Shown in pieces: positions 1-11,169 of a stretch of 64,000 nucleotides of DNA (its first letter is position 1; every line of letters begins with the position of its first letter). Origin of the DNA: Klebsormidium nitens (taxonomy: Eukaryota; Plantae; Klebsormidiophyceae). The position numbers were made by a program, and so were the translations under genes. The DNA lies in contig DF236967.1 of assembly GCA_000708835.1 (NCBI GenBank), positions 248,001 through 312,000 of the forward strand, in the 5' to 3' direction. Below the pieces are notes generated by a model, which was not told the origin of the DNA, did not search any database, and saw only the letters and a program-made list of their open reading frames with translations.

Positions 1-221
1 TCACAGTATCGTATGCATGGAAGTTCCCTACGTAATCCCTTAACACTACTTTTGGCCTCCTTGGGACTCATGTCCTCGCTCTGGCCGGCTCACTGTAATG
101 GCACTCGCTGCTTCGTTTGCCTTTCTTGACCCTATCACGAACACTCCTATCACGAACACTCCTTCCTGCAGAAGTTTCCCACATTTCCCACCCGATGCTG
201 ACCAATCTGTCTTTTCTTCAG

Positions 222-2636
222 GAGCTCTTCCGGATGATTCAGGCCAAGCCCCTGGCCCGCGACCTGTTTGTCTCTTGGACCCGCCAGAACGACCCAGACG
301 CTCTAAAAAAGTACTTTTTCACCACCGGCAACCCGGCGGCTGCCGCCGAGGTGCTTGTCAAAGAAAGCTATCAGGTGAGTTAGATTTAGCATACGGGCTT
401 CGCTTTCGCTTTTGCTGCGATGACAGAACAAGCGGGTGTGTAAGTCCGCAACGGACGTGGCCAGAGCGTAGGTAAAGAGACGGGTGTGTGCCACTCTTTA
501 GCACGAGTCTCCGAGCCTGTCCAGGTTTTTGCCCCACCGCTCTGCGAGCGTACCCGGCGTTAAGCGCAAGCTGCCAGTGTCGACGCATCCGCCTCAATAA
601 TTCTGAAACCTTTTCTTTCCAGTTGGACAGCTGCGCTTTTCCAGGGTATCTGAGTGTTCGGTGGGCATATGAGTTCCTCAATTCTCTAGAAAAGCGGACG
701 GCACAAAGCGGGATCTGTTTAGATCACAAAAGCCTCTGCTAGTATCTCCACTCTGCTCAATTTTTACGACCCGTTTTGGCTTCGTTCTGGCACTTGTTAG
801 GCTCTTTCTTGGACGAGAATCCACGTAGCGGGTATATTCAATGCTTTAGACACGTGCCTCAGGCTGCGCTGGAGCGGTCTGGCCGCGGGAGCGCCCTGAC
901 GACCCCGCGCATCAAGATCCTGGAGCAGGCGATCGAGCTGTACTCGCAGAACAAAGAGTACGCCTTCCATGCCAAAATGGCCGACGAGGCCGCCAAGCTG
1001 CTCAAGTGAGGCTCCGCTCCCGCCTTATGTATCCGCAGATCATTATAGATTTAATTTGTCCTTTCGAATTTGCTGGCGCCCACTGTGCCGAATTAGCGAC
1101 AGGAAGTTGTGCGATAACCGTACTTCCCGTGCCGCTTCTCTTTCCCCTTTTCAGTACAATAAGCAAATGTGGAGTCTTGTAAAGCGCCCAGATCTGTTTC
1201 GGGCAGTGACGCACAGCGAGAGTCTGCCGCCCCTGATATATCTTGAGCGCATCTTTTTCCCTCTTGTTTTGTGCACCCACGACATGCTTTGTGAAGGGCG
1301 CTCTCTGTAAATTCGCGCTTTTAATCACCACCGCAAACCAGAGCCTCCCGCTGATTTCTACGACATTGTCCTTCTATACGCCCAGGGCGCAGCAGGAGCT
1401 GGAGATCAGCACGCGGCAGGACGTGTTCGTGGACAGCAGCGTCAGCGACTCCATCCGAACGTGCATTGCAATGGGCAACCACAAGGCCGCCCAGAAACTG
1501 AGGGTCGACTTCAAGGTACGTGAGCCAGCCGGCTAACTGCTCGACTTCGTGCGCAGTCTATCCTTATATCTCGATTTTTCATGATTCACAAGTAGCAGGA
1601 TGAAAAGGAGACACTGCTTGATCTGACGCGCCGACCAGCCCTGTATCTTCGTATCTTGTCACTCTGGAGCATTGAGATTCAAACGGGAAGCGGACGGATA
1701 GGGTAGCCACGTGCTGATAGTCTGGCACTGATACCTTTCGTGTTCAAAAGCCACGCAGATTAAACCTCCGGCAATAGGTCCGCATTCGATCAAATCATAC
1801 AAGCTAATGATGAAGCTCCTGCCCCTGAACTTCGGCTGAGCTTTCTTTAGGTGCCCGACAAGCGCTTCTACTGGCTGAAGATCAAGGCCCTGGCGCACGC
1901 CCGCGACTGGGACGCCCTCGACAAGTTTGCGCGCGAGCGGAAGCCCCCCGTCAGCTACGCGGCTTTTGCAGAGGCGTGCATCGAGCAGGGCGTGAACAGC
2001 GAGGCTATCAAGTACATTGGCAAGATCACCGACCTGCAAGCCAGGGCCGAGGTGGGCGCGCGCGAGCTAGTGTGCTTTTGCCTTGGGGTTTTATTGCAGT
2101 ACTGCTTTTGGAGCACGTTTGCTGTAAAATTGAGAGTCGGAGAAGGGGCAACCTGCTAGTTATGGAACGCATTCGGCGAGTGTCCGCGGATTGGAGATAG
2201 AATCGTTGTGCGAGTTGCTTCAAAGCGCGCGTATCTGCTGTGGGTAGAGGCGCTCTTGGTGCGGTGGCAGGAGACTATGGATGGGATCCCTTATGCTGCT
2301 CATAATGTGACATTCTGCTTATCAGATTTTGGGCTTTGCTTGGCATCTTACGCTCTGGTCACAGCCGGTATGCATCAGCTTCCTTTTCCAGGTTTGACAT
2401 GACGTTTGTGGGAGCCGTTCACTCATCATTGCTCCAAATCCTTTTAGCAAGAAATGTAAACAGTTTTTTGTCTGCAGGCTTTTGCGCGTATCGGGATGGT
2501 CAACGAAGCTGCTGAAGCAGCAACCCAGGCTAAGGATGGGGAGCTTCTGAACAGGTTGCGGTCCACTTTTACGAGCAACACGTCGGCAGCCGCCATTATA
2601 GATACATTCCGAGACAAGCTATCGCTGCCAGGATGA
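222..2636 (+). CDS. VPS16: Vacuolar protein sorting 16 (HOPS/CORVET subunit), 3' part; exons 222-374, 863-1005, 1386-1515, 1851-2051, 2478-2636; 5' end lies outside the window
   Basis: GT-AG exons join in frame to ...VPDKRFYWLKIKALAHARDWDALDKFARERKPPVSYAAFAEACI...AFARIGMVNEAAEAATQAKDGELL..., the recognisable Vps16 C-terminal region. Stop TGA ends at 2636. Confidence 0.93.
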
Positions 2637-4443
2637 ATGAAACGTGATCCAATCATTACTTAATCAGGGTTCGGATCCTTAATTATGTGCCGTTTACCAA
2701 CTGAAAATCAGATCGATTGCGCATGCAATTGTTACATCATGCAGCTGACCTCATGCAGTGACATGTACCCATGTACTGGAAAACTTTGTAGTCCAAAGTT
2801 TCTGAAATTGTCGAACCATTTAATCATGCGATAATATGCACGGATGCTGGCACTGATCGTTGCCGGCCGGCCCGCCAAAAAGAGCTGTGCTCATGAATTC
2901 TGGCTCGAATTCGTGTGACTGTCACACATGCACTGGCACTCCATATGCCAGGCTGTGTATCCCGTTCGTGCACGGGCCTGGTCGCGGGATGTGATGAGTC
3001 GGACGTGAGCTCATGGCTAGTACATGGTAGACCGCCCAGGAGGGCGGCGGGGGCTTGCCTCTCTGTGGTGCGACTGGGCAGAATTTTAAAATTGCATTGT
3101 GTGGCGTAAAGCAATTTAAATGGCTTTATTCACAGAAGGTAGTGCGCTTGCGCGCGCACACGCCAAACTTAGTCCGTACACCACCTTGCGGTATGCACCC
3201 GAGGTGGTTGGGCAGTGCGTACCAGGTTTAGCCGGCACTCTTCTTTCCGGGCACCTTGATCAATTGTGAAACTCCTTCGCGTACAATACTGACGAAGTCC
3301 ATCGCAGATTAGGGTGATTTGATTTTTAAATTCGGCGTTATAAGCCCGGGGTACTGCACAGTGTCAAGTGCTAGGCAGTGGTGTAAATCACAACGTGGCC
3401 GCTCTTTCGACCTTGGCATGCAACGTGGCGGCTTTAGAGTAGGCCTCTTCGGAGAAATCGAGGTCAAACGTTACATCGTTACGGTATCTCGCGGCGGCAA
3501 CCTCGCGTCCGCGAACGATGCGTAGCATTAGATCTGCGCCGCCGCGCGGGGCAGTCTGGGCTTGGACGAAAACATGGTCTGGGACATTTGGGGGATTTTG
3601 CATACGTTTTCGCATCGAACTTCGACCAAGCGGAAACGGGACCAGACTGGGCGATGCTATCTTCCGCACAGAGCCACGTCGTACAGCGTCGCCCGAAGCG
3701 CGGTTTCATAGAATGCAAAAGCTTCCTATTTTACTTGGTAAAAGAGAGGCAAGCCAATATGGCTCTGATAGAGCACTGAGTGATCATGTGGCAGCTGGCA
3801 TGTAGCAATTCGTAGAGGCTTGCCGTGCACTATAATGATGCCACACGTTGGTGGCGCACGACGACGTCGGCGTTGATCCCTAGCCATGGGACAGACGCTA
3901 GGTAGCATGCACTGCTAGAGTCTACGACCTGAGCAGGCATGTATTAGTCACTGACGTTCAACCATTGCAATATAGTATAGCATTTTTAAGGCACATCTAA
4001 TCAATACTTTTGAAATTGTAGATCTCACCAGAAGCGAATCCGACTAAGGAGCAGTTATTTTATTTGTTGAACGATCGAGTTTCAAACGGTGTCCATATGA
4101 TCAGATTGGCCTCACTGAACGTAGGTTAGTACGGGTTCAGGAAACACTACGACGGAACACCTCAACGATACTTTACATAATGCCTGTTTGTTCTCATCTT
4201 CAAGGTTGATGAGCACTGTGTAAAGTTGGCCGCAAATCTAAGAGCAACTTAAATAAAATGCTTCGCAACGCATAAGTACTGCACTTCTGATGACAGGGTC
4301 AGGACGCAACGTCCTCCGGCTTTTCGACATTTTTCCGCTTCCGCTCTCTCACGACCTCTTCGCCGGACCCCTCTTCGGGACTGCGCTTAACATTTCCAAC
4401 AACTTGGGTTGTTGCCCCTTGACTGTAAGTCGCCAGTTGCTTG

Positions 4444-7400
4444 TCACGCTGCCTGGTTGGATCGCATGGAGGCCTGGCGGCGCTTGTAATGTCTCCAAGC
4501 AACCTGCAAACCACCATCACTCTTAAATTGTTTAAGGAGAAGGTTTCGTTGGCAACGGGTTTACCAGGATACGGCAGAATAAGCCGACGTTGCTCTAGCC
4601 GTTCTGTTTGTGTGCTTTACTGATCATGCTCAGAAGGGAGGAATTTTTTGTGCCACTTCCTACTGCTTTAGAGCGACAGACGGCGGCGGATGGCTCATCA
4701 AAATGAGCAGATACACGCAATCTGCGAAACCCCTGCTTTCTTGCGCTGTTCTTCAGATGGCTTGTCGTAATGCATCATTTTTTATCTTTATTTCGAGCGA
4801 ACAGCTTTCCTCCAACCTTCTGTGCTATGAAGTACCTGCACAAATGTCAGACTCCACTACAGAGCTCGTCTGAAGGACTCCGGATGGAAACCGTAGCGGA
4901 CACTCGCACTATCTGATTGAAAACCAACCAAGGTTCAAGGTCGACTCAAGACGTCCCCACAAAACCTCAAAACCGCCGACAATTCGCTGAAGCTTTCTTA
5001 ACCCTTAACGTATTCACGGACAGGAGCTCTTTTTCCGCCATGCCTTGGGCTTTCTTTTCCTGGCCAGAAGGAAGATAGGTCTCAATTTCATGTTGACTAA
5101 GGGCATCTGAACTAAGAAAAGCACACCGGGGACGAATAGGGATGGTTCGGGGGTTAGGGTGGGTACGGGTGCGGAGCGTGTCTCAGCTGGTTTATATGTC
5201 TGAATTTGCTTGTGCTGCCGAGCACTAATCGTAGTCAATACAAGCTTAGTCAACAAGAAACGAGAAGTATAGGAGGAACTAGAGCGGGGCGCACCTGGAT
5301 GGTGGCGGCGGCCTTCGTGCGCCAGTGGTGGCTGTGGTAGCGCAGCACGTTCTGCAGGTCCCGGCTGTGCAGCCGCCGGAAGTGCGTCGTCACGTACTTG
5401 AGCGCGTCCGCGTCCAGGTAAAACGCCTCCACGGGGCTCTGCGCAACGAGAGCGGGGGGGTGATTTAAGGACTTATGCCCGAAGAACGCTTCCAAAGGGG
5501 CTCTGAGCAACGAGAGCGGGGGGCAATTTAGAGAGTGATACCTAAAGCTTGAAGGCGAAACGGGCCTCTGCGCAACAAGTAGCGGGGTGCCATTCAGAGA
5601 GTTATACCCAAAGAAAAACTTCCACAGCGCTCTGGGCAAACGAGAGCGGGGGGCAATGTAGAGGGTTGGGGGTAATGTAGGAGTGCTCTCGAGGGGTATA
5701 CAAAAGCAGGATATCGGGATTGGTAATAGCCAAACCAGAATCCGTCAAGCCCAACACAAAGTTCGAAGCAACACAAAGCTTAGTGGTGAAACTTGAGGAG
5801 AAATTGACGTCAGGTATGACGTATGAGCTTGGGTAAGGCACAGCCGCCGGCGTCAAGTAAGTGGAACAGATGAAAATGTCAGAAGATGTTCTGCTTGACT
5901 GAAGATGAGAAGAGCGGTACCAAAAGAATCGAGGTTATTCCAAGTGGAACAGAGGCGAGAAGGAGGTCGCCACAAAGCTTTCGAGACAAGTGGAAAAAGT
6001 CTACTGGTCAAGAGAAGCTTCCACGACTTTGGGCCCAACGACAGGGGGTGCATTCCTGAGGGACGATGCGAAAATAAGTGAAATACACTCAGAAAGCCCA
6101 CAGCTCTTTTCGAGCAGTCTACTTCAGTCTCGTGAGAAGGTAAAACGACTCCGGGGGCTCTGCACGTTGCGACATCCGCAGGAAAGAAATGTTCCAAGAT
6201 CACAGTGGAACTGTCCGCCTGAAACCGCAAAGCCGGTTGTTGTCTGGCGTGCCGGCTCATTCTTCTGAAGGTCACCAAAAACAGACCAAAGTTTGTCCCT
6301 GGTAAAGAGGAATCGCGCTTGACTGGAGCCCAAGGATAGCCTCGCCCCGTACCTCAGCGGTGATGGTCCTGGTGGACTTGGGGAGCGCTTCCCGGGACCA
6401 GCTCCTCCCCGCCTAAAGCCCTAAAGCCCTAAAACCCTACAAGTGTAAACCCCTAAAACACTAAAACTCCGTACCTCGGCGGTGATGGTCCTGGTGGACT
6501 TGGGGAGCGCTTCCCGGGCCCGGGAGTCGAGGCACCACGACAGCAGCTCCTCCCCGGCGAAGTCCCCCGGGAGCAGCCGCAGCATGTTGAAGAACCCGGT
6601 GCGGTTCCCGTTCCTGACAAGCAAGTGCCGACGGCGTCAATACGGGCCAACGGGGACAGGCTCTCGAGTGAAACTCCGACGGACTTGGAATCTACCGCTT
6701 TCCAAACCTGCTTTCAACTAGAGAATGGCGCTCCGCAGCTGCCGAAGGCAGGGAGAAACATTGTCCCTCAGGGCTGGCAGTTTTAAGGAGCAGACACGAA
6801 CCCGTTTTGGCGTAGACGAGGCGTAGAGCACCGACGACGATGCTGCACAAGAGCCTTACAAGATTGCCCACCACCGAAGTCTCTGGAAAGGTGAGCGCAA
6901 ATCTCTCCCTGTGCAATCATAGACCGCGGGTCAAGCTGGCAAGCCTGTGCAATCATAGACCACGGGTCAAGCTGGCAAGGCGAGCTCGGAAAACTGAAAG
7001 TTCAAAGAGGCGCTGATTGGACGAAGGGGCTTCAATGGGGAGCTACGGCGATTCTAAAGCCTCCACCCCGAACAAGCTCGGACAACTTGACCTGATGACG
7101 GAAGACGAGTGGTCTCACGTGGTGATGCTGGAGAGTGTGCCCCGCACGACGAAGAGCATCCTGGTGACGGGATCCCCCTCGCGGTACACCTCGCTGCCCT
7201 TGATGTACAGCCGCGGCTTGAGCCGCTCGCACACCGCGTCCACCGCGTTGTCGTCCAGCGCCTTGAACAGCGTCACCTGCAGGGAGCGAAGCACAAAATC
7301 TCTCAGTCAGACTACCTATTGAGGCCGCGGAACCCACATACGATTGTGTCCATTGTTGCGCATTCTGGGCATCACTTCGGCTTTCGTGTCGATGAGACTT

Positions 7401-10400
7401 GCAATACAGACTACAAAATCCAAGCGGCATGACAAGCCCCGAGCACGATCCGCATCAGAAGGCGAGAAAGTTCAGAACCCAAATTGTCCTGATCACATTC
7501 TCTGGTCAACTTTCCGAAACAGGAAAGTGTCCTGCTCCAACTCTCCCTTCGAATAGTTTCCAATTCCAAACGCATCTTCTTCAGTGAGACTTCCCCACAT
7601 ACCTTGCGCACGAGTTCGATGCACAGGTGTCGCTTGATGTCCCGCCTCAAATCCTCCGGCAGCTGTTCCAAAATCCCTTGCTCGTCCACTCCACTGGTCG
7701 CCTCCCACGTGTACCGGTCGTGCTTCCTGACCCTCTTCCGCAGATCCCCGGGCAGTTGCCGGGCTCGCATCCACAGCTCGGTGTCGCGCCCCTGGAGGCG
7801 CATCTCGTCCAAGCGCGCGCTCAGCGACTGGAGGAACGTCTGGATGTTGCCCACGAGGAGCGCGAAGAGGACCAGCCCCACGATCGCGACCACGATGCAC
7901 AGGATGTTCTCGCCCGGGAAGTTGCTCGTGTTCAGGTTGTTGCCGAACGAGCTGTCGAGAGAGAAGGGCGACGAGTGTCAGCTTTGAGCGGATTGCGAAG
8001 AGGTGCTCGTATTAAGGTTCGCTCATGTTCAGGTTGTTGCCGAACGAGCTGCCGCCGGGGACGAGGAATGGTTCAGGGTTTTCAAGATCTTGGGGTTTTC
8101 AGTGTAAGCTGGGAGGGGTAGAGTCAAGTTGGGCGCAAGGTGGAGAGGGCGGACACCTTTAGGCACGGGACAAGACATCGACTCTCGGTTATGCATTACA
8201 TTGTGCCAGTTGGCGAGCGATGGTGCAGCACTGGAATGTCGAGAGTAGACGCAGCCCGCAAGTATGCACGACAAGAATGCCATACGAGATTTTACACAAG
8301 CTACTGGGACGTCCCGTTCCAAGCGGAAGTTTCAAAAGCGGAGCGAATTCTGGTTTCAGAGTTTTAAGCGCCGCCGCAATGATCAGGCACAGGCTTCGAT
8401 GGCGACTCAATACAAAGGACAAAGTATTCAGTAACTAGACGTATTGCAATCCGGGCTTGTCGAAGCGCTCACCAGATCTGCTGCAGGCCCCACCACAGGC
8501 TGTATAGATAGTTCTGCCAGCCGCGCTCGGACTGGATCAGCAGGATCAGCGGCGTGTAGATCCCGTAGTCGAAGGTCCCGATCGCACCGAACGCGATCGC
8601 GGGGTTGTTGCAGTTTTCCTGGATGACTGCAACCACGTTTGGATTGATCGGTGTGGCGCCGCCGCAGGAAAAGTGGTCCGGGCAGACGTCCGTGCCGTTG
8701 CAAGCGAAGCTCCGCCAGCACGAGTCGATGCGCTCCAGGCCGAATACGTACCAAACGGACCCCGTCACCTGGGGTTGGAAACGAAACCGTGCTGAGGGCC
8801 AATTTATATTCAAACCCATGAGAATTGCATATTTTGAACATTAACCATCTTGTGTTAAGAGGATGATTCATGTGGGATAGAATCCGATGCCGTAGGAGCG
8901 CTGCTTTTTCAATCGCGTCCCTCGCACTTTACCCGTGCGGATGCCATATTAGACGCTGTGTGAAGCTGGGGTACAGACGTTCTGTTTAAAACGTGTTTTT
9001 GTCTGCAGCGTCCACCCAAAAGAGCATCTCCAAGTGGCGAGCTACATGGCTCGAAGGCACGGACGACCGAAACTCATCTATCTAAAGTAAGTCAGGAGAC
9101 GAAGGATGGAGGAGCGGAAGCGTAGGCTCACGTGGGCGGCCAGCAAAAACATGGCGAGGTTGATGACGAAGCCGGACCAGGCGGTTTCGAAGACCACGCC
9201 TTCGGGTTTGATGACGGCCGCCTGCACCGGCAGCACCTGGATGATGCGCGGGATGTACTGGATGGCCACGATCAGCCGCAAGTAGTTCTGCAGGGCCAGA
9301 GAGATTGGGTTAGCGGCAGGGGTTAACAGTTTTGCAGGGCCAGAGACATCGGGTTAGCGGCAGGGGTTATATAATCTCTACTCTAACGTGGCCGAGTGCT
9401 CCTCTCTCGTGTTGTGTTGGAAATTTGCCATTCACACTGGTCATATCTGCTTCGACTCGAAAACGGACAAACGGTGAGCACGAAGGGTTAACCCTACTTG
9501 GAGCCGGTTTGCTGAACATTTTCAGCCAGTGAATTGGCAAACGAGACTGGGAAGGTCAGGAAAAGGTTTTCCCTACAATCCTTCGAGTTGCAGCCGCCAC
9601 TACCAAACCCTGTATCCTCGAAACGGTGCGCGACTTTGACATACGACTGCCACCAGAAAGCGGATGGGAAGACGCAGAGACGACTGCCTTACCGCGTTGT
9701 TTCCAGTACTTGCAGACCCATCGTTCCAATGCGCCAGGATTACCCACAGTACGATCTGCGGCACAGGACAAAGAGAAGATGCTTAGCCGACTGTCGACAG
9801 CAAGGAAAAAAAGTGCTTGATGAAGAAAATACAACCACCTGACGACGTGGGTTGAAAGGCAGGCCCCCTGTTGTTTCGAGCCCTGACAGTAGTTCAGGTG
9901 ATTCCGTTATTACATTCTCGCCAGCAAGATGTCAGGCCTTACAATACACTCTTTTCCACAGTACCAGGTCGGCAAAGCTGCCGCTTCTATAGCCCCTCCT
10001 GTACACCTTGCGAAATTGAAAGAACTAACCGCCACCGACGCTAGTTACCTAACCATGCTTAGCCCCTGGCCAAAAAAGAACCCCCTCACCTGCGGCAGCG
10101 GCAGCATGGCAAAGACGTCGAGCAGGAGGCTGGTTTTGAGGTATCGCCAGGCGATCTTCTTGGGGTCCCTGACCAACTCGCCCCGGCCAAAGACGAGGCT
10201 CGGAGCATACGCCGTCCTGAACTTGATGATGATGTACAGGAGGTACATGAGATCCGTGAGGCTGCGCAGCAAGGTGATGGTCACGCCGAAGTTCCAGTCG
10301 AAGTCGACGCACGGCTGGGCAATGTCGATGACCGGGAGGAAGAAGAAGAGAGGGTCCAGGAACGCGGCCGCCTGGAAATGGTGTACAGTAGGGAAGGTCA

Positions 10401-11169
10401 TTATCACGGTTTGAAAGAGTTAAGGACAGCTTTCAGCGCACTTTCATATAGCGACGTTGTTCCAACATAAGCTTTGTATGCTTTTTTGGCACAATCAGAA
10501 GCGGCGCTGGTCTAGAAGCGAATGTTGGCATTAGAGGGTGCGTCAGGCAGAAGTGCGGGCAAGGGCAAGGGGCAGAAAGCTGTGCGAGCACTCGCAGTAC
10601 TCAAAGAATGATACAAAGAGACGTTCAGGGTGGGATTGCAGTGAATTTCGAACGGGGCGACTACACGCGGCCGCACTGTTGCTCTAAAAGGGCACGATGG
10701 TAATATCTACGGAAACAGAGTTACGAAGAACGAAGGATCTCGGAGAGGAGGAACTTGTAGAAAGAAAAGGGGACCACATCAAGAGATTGTGGTCACAGAA
10801 GGTCTTATCCAACTCTGCCACTAACATTCAACGATTCTTGAAGTTAACAGCTATGTGGTTATTATACAAAACCTTCAGTCTCATGAGCAAGAATCTGCAG
10901 GAGCAATCAGAAGAAGGACTTGACTACAGTCTGAGTCTGCGGCAATCTACGGTCCCCAGCCTAACCAACAATGAAGACGTCTTCAGAGGCGAGCGAATAA
11001 CCTCACCAGGCAGCTGCAGACAAACACCTTGCTCCACTGGCGGATGAAGTAACTCCCTGGGTCAAAGATGTACGCGCCCTTGTATTCTCGGATGGACATG
11101 ATGCGAGAGGAGATGGATCCCCTCGTTCTGCGCAACCATGATCGCTCCTCCTCCGCAACTTGGTCAACA
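4444..11169 (-). CDS. CNGC: Plant-type cyclic nucleotide-gated channel; exons 11007-11169, 10090-10371, 9693-9755, 9132-9287, 8473-8768, 7603-7951, 7119-7276, 6475-6613, 5295-5438, 4444-4503; start codon unresolved (upstream of 11169)
   Basis: Exon phases are consistent. Motifs: IFDPGSYFIRQWSKVF, FLDPLFFFLPVI, YLYSLWWGLQQI-CSFGNNLNTS pore, FALLVGNIQTFLQSL S6, phosphate-binding cassette GDFAGEELLSWCL...LPKSTRT, hinge VEAF, CaM-binding FRRLHSRDLQNVLRYHSHHWRT, IQ motif IQVAWRHYKRR. Confidence 0.93.
5420..5655 (-). repeat. Four ~65-bp degenerate tandem units, each a copy of a CNGC splice acceptor plus exon start
   Basis: Recurring sense-strand CCCCCGCTCTCGTTGCGCAG|AGCCCCGTGGA variants. Confidence 0.85.
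6347..6530 (-). repeat. Duplicated CNGC exon end plus donor, separated by a telomere-like tract (6412-6467)
   Basis: CCGTACCTC(A/G)GCGGTGATGGTCCTGGTGGACTTGGGGAGCGCTTCCCGGG occurs twice, with CCTAAAGCCCTAAAGCCCTAAAACCCTA between. Confidence 0.9.
6909..6979. repeat. Two-copy ~36-bp tandem repeat in a CNGC intron
   Basis: CTGTGCAATCATAGACC(G/A)CGGGTCAAGCTGGCAAG x2. Confidence 0.9.

Noticed and set aside
3388-3779. ORFs between the convergent VPS16 and CNGC 3' ends
   Set aside because: Short, no recognisable domain, no consistent exon chain.
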